Part shown: positions 54,033 through 64,000 of the stretch, one piece after another
How the letters are laid out: every line of letters starts with the position of its first letter
Position numbering within the stretch: position 1 is the stretch's first letter
Assembly: GCA_964016885.1 (NCBI GenBank)
Contig: OZ024740.1
Coordinates: forward strand, 375,224,001 to 375,288,000
Reading direction: 5' to 3'
DNA length: 64,000 nucleotides
Source of the DNA: Eledone cirrhosa
Taxonomy: Eukaryota
The notes under the pieces: generated by a model
The model's database searches: none
What the model saw: only the letters and a program-made list of their open reading frames with translations
What the model was told of the DNA's origin: nothing
Position numbers and translations under genes: made by a program

Positions 54033-57000
54033 GTTCTTTGAGTCTCATTCATTGATGTTAGTTAACTGGAATGTTTGTTGAAATGAATATGAAGCCACTA
54101 CCTGCAGCCTCAGATATTCAGGACATATCGGAGGGTTGTTGCTGTTCCCAGCAAGCATGCCTTTTGAAGCGTTCCAGAAAGCGTGGTGGGGCCAATTTTC
54201 TTTAACCATCCCTGGAAACCTTTTGAGATAGTACCTAGTGCGCCTATGACAATCGGGACCACTTTGACTTCATGGCAGTTCCAAATCCTTTTTACCTCCC
54301 AATTTAAGTCCTGGTATCGGTTAATTTTCTCCCTCTCCTACTCTGCACTCTCGTGTCGAATGGGCAGGCCAAATCCACAATCAGGCACGATCTTTTTTCC
54401 TTGTCCAAAACCACCAGCTCAGGTCTATTGTGTTCCAGTTTCTTGTCCATCTGTATCCTAAAATCCCACAGCCCCTTCACCTGATCGTTTTCTATCACCG
54501 ACTCTGGCTTATGCTCATACCACTTCTCAGAATGTGGTAAATTGTTTACTTTGCATAGGTGCCAGTGGATCACCCTGCCCATCATATCATGTCTCCAGCC
54601 CTTATAGTGAGTCTGGACTAGGTGTTTACACTCGGATACAATGTGAGACACATTCTCCTCTCTCTCTCCACAGATCCTGCACGGTGGGCTAGCCTGCTCC
54701 TTGTAAATATGGTGTTTCAACCACTTCGTTTTGAGGGCCTGCTCTTGCGCAGCCATTAGCATTCCTTCTGTAGCCTTCTTAAGGTCTCCTCTTTTCAACC
54801 AGTTCCATGTCTGTGGATCTCTGAATTCAGTTATCTCAAAGAAGGTACTATGAAGGGATTTTTCATGAAGGCTGCTCGTCTCCTTTTTGTTATTTCCTCC
54901 TTGGACATCCTCTGGTATATTGTCCTCTCCTTCAGTACAATTCTGAGCATTGGCTCTTTACTATCTGTCACGTATTTGTGTAGGTTGTTTTTCTCCATCT
55001 GAACACAGTCCTCTATGCTGATAAGACCTCTGCCACATTCAGATCTCCTTAAGTAGAGTCTTTAGACATCACTCCTCTTGTGGAACATGTTGTAATAGTT
55101 AATAGCTTCCTAGTCTTCCTATCCATTTCTTTTTGTTCAGCAACATTCCATCTCAGAATTGCCGCACTGTACCTAATAATAGACACAGCTCGGGAATTTA
55201 CTGCACTTATGGCATTCCTACTTTTCAGATGTGACTTTAATATGCTCCTTATACTCCAAATGTATTCGGATATTATCAATTCCTTCATTCTTTTGTTCTT
55301 GATGTCATCAGCCTCCAGAACACCTAAATACTTGTATCCTTCTTCAGTGTCAATTTCCTTTATTATCACACCTGTTGGTACCTGGATTCCGTTGCTTCTG
55401 CTCAATTTACCCCTTTTCATCACCAGGACTCCACACTTACTAATACCAAAAGCATACATATATCATTGCTGAAAATACGGACAGTGTCAACAAGCACATC
55501 CAACTCCTTCTCACTCTTCCCGAAGAGCTTAAGATCGTCCATGAAGAGGAGGTGATTGATGGTAAGCTCTCCCTTTCCCAACTTGTATCCTGCTCTCACT
55601 TTTCGCAGTATAATGGTCAGAGGCATCAGGGCAAGGACAAACGACAGAGGGGACAGACTATCTCCCTGGAAGATAACTCTCTTGATCTTCACGCCTCCCA
55701 AGGATTCTCCAGCTGATGTTAACTCTGTTTTCCAGGACTTCATACTTTTGACGAACAACTGACTGATGTTTTCTGCCACCTTGAAGATCTCTAGGCTTCT
55801 GGTGATCCAAGAATGAGGCACCATGTCAAATGCCTTTTTATAGTCTATCCATCCCATTTCAAGACCAGTGTGTCTCCTCTTGCAATTCCTCATTACCATA
55901 TTATCAATAAGTAACTGGTCCTTTGTACCACGGCACTTCTTTCGGCATCCTTTCTGTTCGTCCGGTAACAAGTTGTTTGTGTGTAGGTGATGGTAGATTT
56001 CCTCAGACATAATTGTGTCTACTTTAGGCACAAGGCCTGCAATTATCCAGTGCATTACTGGTACTTTATTTTATCGACCCCGTAAGGATGAAAGGCAAAG
56101 TCAACCTCGGCGGGATTTGAACTCAGATCGTAAAGGGACGTAACTATGCTGGAAAGCATGGCGTCCGACCCTCCACCGATACTGCCAATCCACCGCCCTA
56201 TTCCTCAGACATAATGCTTGTCAACAGTTTCCACATTACGGACAGACATGTGATAGGTCTATAGTTGGTAACATCATTAGCCTTGATTCGGTCTTTCATT
56301 ATCAGAACTGTACCTCACCTGACATCAAGCAGTCATTGAACATGGTTGTCAGTTTCGGGTGGAGGGATGTTATATTTGTACTCCAATACCTCTGCACACC
56401 ATCTGGGCCTGGTGATTTCCAGCTGGTTAGTTTTTTGGCCTGCCCCTTAAGAGTTTCAACTGTGATACTCAAATCAGTTTGTTGGTTTGCCTGTTCATTA
56501 ATCTCCTTCTGCACTGTCTCAATCCACACTGCCTGGTCATTATGTTTAGCATCCTGCTCCCATATTCCTCTCCAGAATGTTTTAGTTTGTTCCGCCTCAG
56601 GGATCAAATCGTTGCCTCTTTCTTTCCCTTCAAGCTGTCCAAACAGCATCTTTTGGTTGTTGTCGAACATCCGGTTCTGTCTATACTGACTGACCCTGTT
56701 CTTGTATCGCCTGATTTTTGCACTCTTTGCTACAATGTGTTGCTTCAGTTCCTCTATGATAATATTTAGCTTTTTCCTCCTAGTTTTGTACTTTATTTCC
56801 AGTCTATTTTTAGTGTCTATGTTTTTTAGTATCCCATTCAGTAGGGACTCAAGCTTTCCAATGTCATTTCTCATTTCCCTGATTTGACCACTCAGTCGTT
56901 TCTTCCACCAAGGCTCTGCTCTTTCTTATCTGCTGTTTCCTCTCGCTTTTATACCAAGTTGTTTCCTCAGCGTATTTGCTGTTGCTTTGATGATATTGTT

Positions 57001-57622
57001 GCACTGCTGAAGGCTCCTCGCCTCAAGGTATGGGATGACTTTGTTTACCTTAGCTGTTGTTTCTTTTAACTTTTTCCTGTCTACAAATCTTAGGTTCATA
57101 GGTCTCCCACTATCACTGTTCAATTCATCTACCACTAAGTTTAGGATATCAACCAAATCTTGTCCTAGCCCGTCAGCATTCATCTCCTCAGTGGCCGTAT
57201 CTCTGTTCCAGGTATTATTTATCTCAGAATTCAGATCATTGTCTGCTTCGGGTGGTTCCTCCGTTCTCTCGACCTCTTCACCTTCATTTCCCACTGGCTC
57301 CTTTGCCTGGCATACTCCACCCTCCATCTCCAAGCTAATCTCTCTGCTCAGTTCCTCCAGTTCCAGCTCGCTTATCTACCCATTAGTTCTTATTACCCGA
57401 GCCTGCCCGGCCAATTTTTGTTCATCTAATTTAAATAGACCAATCTCGTTCCAGATGTTATGCATCCGTTTCCTATAGCCTTTCTCCTTGGGGTTACTCT
57501 TCAGGTAACATTGCATAACAGTTCTATTCAATTCTTTCGACCAGTTGGTTCTGGTCCCTTTCCTTCTTCTTCCTCCGACACCAGCAGTATTTGGTTGACA
57601 GCCAGGTCCCTGCTACTGGGTA
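54033..57622 (-). mobile_element. R4/Dong family A LINE interrupted by a SINE
   Basis: Colinear with 49457-52880; (TAA)n on both sides. Confidence 0.92.
56014..56200 (-). mobile_element. tRNA-derived SINE with 15-bp TSD inside a LINE
   Basis: TSD ttcctcagacataat at 55999-56013 and 56201-56215. Confidence 0.92.
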
Positions 57623-57625
57623 AGA

Positions 57626-57661
<36 letters not shown>

Positions 57662-57887
57662 TGCTGACATCGGAAGAGTTTCGGAAGAGTTTCGTTCTCG
57701 CCGTCCCCTTTTAAAAAAATATTTATCACGTTTTCTTTGATGGTAAATATGTCCTTTTTGAAGTGATTACAAATAAGGGATTCTGGAATTTTGGGAGGTC
57801 TAAACTCTTTCTCTTAGTATTGCAGTCACTGAGTGTTATTATTATTATTATTATTGTTATTACTATTATTAATATTATTATTATATT

Positions 57888-58187
57888 CAGTTTCTTGAAA
57901 GATGGGTGAGATAGGCAAACTGGCCCGGGTGACTGGGTCTACCCTGAACGTGTGCATTGTAGGAGGAAAACTAGAAGAGGGTAGCTGTGGCTTTTCTTGT
58001 CAAGGTAGCTGTGGCTTTCTACACGAACACCCTCGGAGGTCGCCACCTTTTTGGGGAATTTTTCATTGTTTCCTTTTGTCACACTCTGTTTTGGTTTTTT
58101 TACACGCAGAAATAGCCATTTGTATTGTACTGTGTTGTCCTTAATATTGTACTGCGCGTCAACCCTTGTGGTTAATAAATAAAGAAT
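57888..58187 (+). mobile_element. 3' end of an L1/Tx1 LINE
   Basis: RW...KLARVTGSTL matches the RWVxxARxxRVNGP C-terminus; terminus cccttgtggttaataaataaagaa. Confidence 0.7.
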
Positions 58188-58189
58188 TC

Positions 58190-61100
58190 AAAAAATACAG
58201 ACACCACTAGCGCAAACAATTCCCCAATAACATCAGCACCAACAGCAACATCGACGCCACTCCCACAATCCCCGAAACACATTCAACCTAAACAAACACA
58301 AGTACAAATAAATACACAAATACCTGAAATTGCAGACACCACACCTACAATAAACAATGACATACCCGAAACAAGACCACCAAAACAATCACCAGCACAG
58401 TCAGCAAAACGAGATCAAATAACACCACTCCAACAAAATGTTAAAAACTTGTCAGAAGGGCCAACGATAAACTGATGGCCCTCTTAGCACGAAGCGAGGG
58501 CATTCAAACATAAGGGGAGATCTTTGAAATAAGCAGATTTTGCGTGCCAGAAGATTTGCTTCTGGTCCGAATGTCACTCAATTCCTTCAAAGAAATTCGA
58601 GAGAGCTTTCCGCAAGACGTGGGAACCCCGAATGTGAAACCCACATCCAGACTGTTAAAGGGGTTCCCAAAGAAACCCCACCAACCATGGAGGTCAAACC
58701 ACCCGACCTTCACAAGACCCCGGGAGGTAAGTAAACCTTCCCTCTCTCTTTTAGCTTGCCAACATGGCCGTATTAAGAGTAGGATGTTTAAATGTTCGAG
58801 GCCTGGGATCGTCCTGGAAGCAGGGTCACCTGCTCAACGACCTCAGGTCTATAGAAATGGATGTAATTGCAGTCAGCGAGACCAGGATTTCCGACACGCG
58901 CGCACTAGCCCCCATTTTCGACGACTATCAGATCTTCGCATATGTTAGCAAGCCGGGAATGAAAGGTGGGTGTCAGTGCTGTTTAGGAAAGGACTGGTTC
59001 TCGAGGTATGGTCGATCTTCCGCGACCCGGACAGTAAGTTGGTGGTTTTGGATGTCAGCAGTTGCGAAGGTGGTGCTTTTAGACTGCTGGCCGTCTACGC
59101 CCCTACAGGGGCCGTACGACCGGACTATATTAGGCGCCTGGCGACCTTTCTGGGTACGTCTCGCCCTTTACTGTTTACGGGGCACTGGAACGGCATCTTA
59201 GATGCACGCTGGGATTGTGTGGGAGAGTAGCTGATAGGAGCGGGGGGAGGTGCAAAAGCCTCAAGCACTTAATCAGCCAGTTCCAACTGTATGACAGGTG
59301 TCGACTAGATTTCCCCAACGCACCAATATGGGCATGGACCAACCGCATGGGGTCATCTAGATCGTACATAGACAGGATCTTCATTGGGAAAATATATAGA
59401 AAATTGTAGGTTGCCCACTTTTTAAAACGGTCGCCTATTCAGATCATAAACTTTTGATCTATATGGTCGACCTAGATAAAACGCGTAGGTTGGGACCGGG
59501 TTACTGGAAGCTGAAATTTTTATTTCCGGCATGTAAGGCTTACAGGGACCGAGTCAACAATTTAGTTAAGCAAAAATTGACAGGTGGGATCATCAACAAC
59601 ATATGGTTTCTCTCAAAAGAGAGATTAGAGTTACTTCGATAGAGTTCAGCAAAGAACTAGCCTTAGAGAAAAATAGAAAGGAGGGGGAGTTGGTAGATAA
59701 GTTAGACGAGGCTATTTGTAGTGGCCTTCCAACTGACGTGCTATCGGCGAGAATAGTATTATACCATTCTTCGATGAGAAACACGAAGGTTGCATTGTCA
59801 GGGCTAAGGCGCGTGCGTTGAGAAACGAGGGAACCCGTGGCGGAGGCGCAGCGTGGGAATAAAACCACAATTCGGTCTTTAGCGGACGGAAACGGACACG
59901 AGATAAGCGATTCCAAGCGGATGTTTGAGGCCTTTCCCCAGCACTTTGCTCGGTTGTTCGGGGAGAGTGGCGAGTCAGAGAGAATAGGGGATTTCAGTCC
60001 CTACCTTGACGGCTTGCCGCGCATCTCGACGGTCGACGCTGAGCGCTGCGAAAGGCCTATTACTTCAGCCGAAATTCAGGACGCCCTTGTCGGCTGCATG
60101 AGGCGTAAGTCACCCGGTTTGGATGGCCTGCCCTACGAGCTTTACGTAAATATGCCAGACTTGTTCTCCAATCTCCTGAAAGCACTCTACTGCAACTGGC
60201 AGCAGAATGGGAGTATTCCCAGTTCTGTGAACGAGGGCGTGGTGACGCTGATAAGGAAAAACGAGAACAAGAGGGATACATTAGACAACTTCAGGCCCAT
60301 AGCACTGCTCAAAACAGAGTTTAAGATTTTGGTCAAAGTGTTACCAAAGAGATTGGCGATTGTCGTCGAGGATTTAGTTGGGGAGGCGCAAACTTGCGCA
60401 AACCAAGCCATGGTCCATACACGACAATCTCCACCTCATGCGATAAATCATAGAGAGAGTAGAGTGTAAACATGGCGATGTGGGGTACGGATCAATTTAG
60501 ATCAATCGAAAGCATTCGATAGGGTCGACCATCGGTATCTGGAGTTTGTCCTCAAAGCGGATGCCTTCGGCCCTTTCTTAGGAAGCTGGATCGCTGCAAT
60601 GCACGGAGGCAGACGCTCGGTGGTCAAGGTTAATGGCCACCTCTCGGAACCATTTATGCTCTACTGATCGGTCCGTCAAGGGTGCCCTCTCTCTTTCCTT
60701 CTATATGTATTGGCTCTCGAGCCTTTACTGCGGAAGCTGGAGATTTTGCAGGGCATCCCGCTCGAACAGGGACGTCGAAAGGCGGTGTCGTCTTATGCGG
60801 ATGACATCACCGTGATGGTGTCGGACACCTCAGAAATCGAGGTGGTCGGCACCTTATTGAAGGAATATGAAAGGTTGCCAGGAGCCAAACTTAACCCGGA
60901 AAAGTCGGTGTGTTTGCAGCTTGGAAGCTGGAGAGGCAAGCCTATGCCGTCGAACAGCGTCGTGGGGCGCTGGACGGAATGACCGTTAAAGTTGCTCGGG
61001 GTTTGGCTCGAAAGAGACCCCCAGGTGGAAAAGAATTGGGACGAGGTAACGAACAGAGTAGCGAGTCTCACCCAAAAATGGGCTGGGAGGGAGCTATCAC

Positions 61101-62445
61101 TGAAGGTCGCGCGGAGGTGGCGAATGCCTACATCGCACCCGTCATCTACTACCTCCTGACCGTCGTGCCTTGACCCCGTCCGCTCCTCGTCAAGTTGGAA
61201 CGGCTCCTCTTCAAATTATTGTGGAGGGGACAAGTTCTGTTGGTAATGCGGTCCATCCGCTGCCAGCACCCTCTACGCGGAGGGCTGGGCATGCCGTGGC
61301 TCATAATGCGCAGACATGCGTTGAGGCTGCGACATCTCCAGATATTCTGCCTAAACGATAAACAGGTATGGTCGCCGTTTATCAGACGGGCCTTACCGCA
61401 GCTCGTTTCTTTGACTGATCTGCAGTTCTGGGTCAAGAAGTTACCGAGACTGGGTGACTGGCACCTGGAATGTTGCCAGGCATTTACTGCCCTCTACCAA
61501 GTGGGCAATGCGATCAGTGAAACTTCCACTCTCGAGTTCTATAGAGGATTAGTGGTGGGAAAGTGCGATGACGCACTCGGAGACGCTTTGGGCCCCGACG
61601 AAGTCGAACTGACCAGTCTGTACCGGAGGACTTTCGAGCCGGGGACGATGGACAATTTCCAGAAATCCCTCGCATGGCAGTGCTACCGGCGGCACTGCTG
61701 GTTCGGGATAAACTCTACAGGCATGGAAGTGCTGTCAGACGGACGTGCCCAAGATGCGCACAGAACGACGAAACCGTTCTGCACACACTTTTCCAATGTC
61801 CGTGCATTACTGACTGGTGGAGTTATGTCGAACAGCTACTGTCGCGTGTGGAACGAAACCGGCTATCGGCCCAGTCCATAGTGAAGATCGACCCGCCGCA
61901 TTCCTTAGGTCAAGAAGAGCAGGAAATGTTCCTCTGTCTGGTGGCCGTTGCGAAAGAGGTTATATGGTGGACAAGATTAAAAGGACTGAAGACAGACACT
62001 TTTCTCTTCGGCCAATCCCTCATCAACTTCTTCAAGTTTCACCTGGAAAGGAAGGTGAGAGTGGAGAGAGAAGTGCTGCCCCCCAGTACATTTGCTAAAA
62101 GGTGGGTGAATGTGGCGAGAATAGCCCGTGTGAATGGGCCTACTCTGACCATGCGTCTATAGGCTAGCTAACTTGAGGAGAGGGGTGCTCTCCCTGGGTG
62201 CCCTAGAAGCACAAGGTGGTTCAGGATTGATGGGGTACCTGAGTCAGCCCAGGGTCGTCCACCCCCTATCGGGGAATTTATTTTGTTGTATTTATGCAAC
62301 AGTTTATTTTTTTTTTTTTATATCGTCATTGTTAAATTAGTCTTGCCATTGTGCACTTTTACTTTACCTTATTTTAAACACCCACTGTCCCTGTCTTTGT
62401 CTTGTCCCCTACATGTCGGCCCTTGTGGCTAATAAATGAAATCCT
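58190..62445 (+). mobile_element. Degenerate L1/Tx1 LINE (ORF1 tail, ORF2, 3' UTR)
   Basis: GCLNVRGL..AVSETR, SYIDRI, KSPGLDG, SYADDI, CPRC..ETVLHTLFQC; many frameshifts; homologous to 33195-36805. Confidence 0.9.
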
Positions 62446-62464
62446 CATTATTATTATTATAACC

Positions 62465-62570
62465 TCCCGCCGAGGTTAACTTTGCCTTTCATCCTTACGG
62501 GGTCGATAAAATAAAGTACCAGTAATACACTGGGTAATTGCTGGCCTTGTGCCTAACGTAGAAACAATTA
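62465..62570 (+). mobile_element. 5'-truncated tRNA-derived SINE
   Basis: 3' half of the consensus followed by (TTA)n. Confidence 0.85.
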
Positions 62571-62596
62571 TTATTATTATTATTATTATTATTATT

Positions 62597-64000
62597 TGCA
62601 TTTATCTTGCTTTATGTTTATACGAGTTATCACCAAGTCACAACCAGTGACCTCAAGAGACAACAAGGTACGCCATGTTCAAGAAAGAACACACATATTC
62701 ACACATGCATCCTTAGTGTTTAGACTTGTGATGTACTTATATTGACAGGATCTTCCTTAGTATATGGGCAGTTCCCATTAGTACTATCTTTTGTATTTCT
62801 CCTATACGCGGGTTTCCTGGGATTTGCGATAAGTAGTCGTTAGACCCCTTAGGTATCATTCCCAGAGCGCCTACAACCACTGGTATTGTTTTAGTTCTCA
62901 ATTTCCACATTTTTCCAATTTCTATCTCCAGGTCCTTATACTTGCTCAATTTTTCAAATGTTTTTATAGATACATTCTTGTCTATTGGAACAGACATATC
63001 AATTAGCAGGCATACCCTCCTTTGAAAGTCCTTCAATATTATATCAGGTCTATTTGCATCTATTTTTCGGTCTGTTTGGATGCTAAAGTTCCACAAGATT
63101 GAGATGTGATCTTTTTCAAGTATGGGAGGTGGTTGATGCTCCCACCAATTCTTTTGATGGGGCAGGTCAAAATGCTTGCACATTATCCAATGTATGTATT
63201 GTGCAGCTCTGTCATGCCTGTTTAGGTATTCGGTTGGAGCTATAGGACTGCACATTGAAATTATATGGTCAATGGTCTCTGGTTGTTTTTTGCATACACG
63301 GCATAATGGGCTGCACCCATTTTTTATTATGTTGGCTTGGTAATTTTTTGTTGGCAGACACTGATCTTGTGCGGATATAATCAGTCCTTCAGTCTCCGAT
63401 TTCAGTCCAGAGGATGCCAACCACTGATGGGTTAAAGTTTTGTCAACATCAGGATTGTTAGCTCGCTCTGGGTATTTTCCATACAGAGGCTTTTCTTGCC
63501 ATTTCTTAGCCAGTTTCTGTAGCAGTTCTTTCTTTGCAGTTACTTTTACCTGCTTTGCTTTTTCTGTGTTTTCCATTTCAGCAGTAAATGGGACTTCTGA
63601 AATTTGTAGTCCATTACTGTATCTTTGTGCATCTTTTGTAATGGAATATGATCTTTTGGTGCTTTCGTGTTTCAAAACGAGTTTGATCATCCAATCATGT
63701 GATTCCCTTAGATATGTGGATAATCCAATTGTTGCAGTTTTCAACGCAATGTCTAACTGGATTAACCCACGTCCTCCTTCTTTCCTAGGGAGATATATTC
63801 TATCTATGTCTGCCTTAGGGTGATGCATTCTGTGCATGGTTAAGAATTTTCGGATTTTTGTATCGAGCCTACGGATCTCTGTGCTTGACCAGTTGATGAC
63901 ATTGTAACTGTAGGTTACTACTGGTATGGCAAGCGTGTTTATGGCATCGATCCTATTCCTTGCATTCAATTCCGTTCTTAAGATTGCTCTGACTCTGCGG
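62597..64000 (-). mobile_element. R4/Dong family B LINE, open 3' ORF running off the window end
   Basis: 410-aa ORF 62737-63969 with CRVC..ETIDH and NRPDII..IDMSVP; homologous to 44988-46400. Confidence 0.92.

Noticed and set aside
57660-57830. Possible Tx1 ORF1 fragment on the minus strand
   Set aside because: Too short to assign.

Overview
AT-rich animal genomic DNA made almost entirely of transposons and microsatellites, with no recognisable host protein-coding gene. The SINE family and repeat spectrum suggest an octopus or other cephalopod (inference). Contents: several Penelope-like element (PLE) lineages, including a near-complete Naiad-type element with an inverted ~1.06 kb pLTR; a nest of R4/Dong-type LINEs in (TAA)n; L1/Tx1, RTE and CRE-type LINE pieces; many copies of one tRNA-derived SINE; Helitron-like pieces; and a 200-N gap. 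The main signal is a family of small non-coding elements inserted in (TA)n that carry minimal type I hammerhead ribozymes (HHR). A 466-bp tandem array (18320-20938) has a canonical HHR in each complete sense unit and a PLE-style 5' inversion. Two diverged monomers lie at ~38.2-38.7 kb and ~41.5-41.8 kb. At all three loci an octamer motif (ATGCAAAT or a one-mismatch variant) lies 80-92 nt upstream of the ribozyme core. This looks like a PLE-mobilised retrozyme or ribozyme-satellite system with an internal POU/snRNA-type promoter. All alignments and folds were done by eye.
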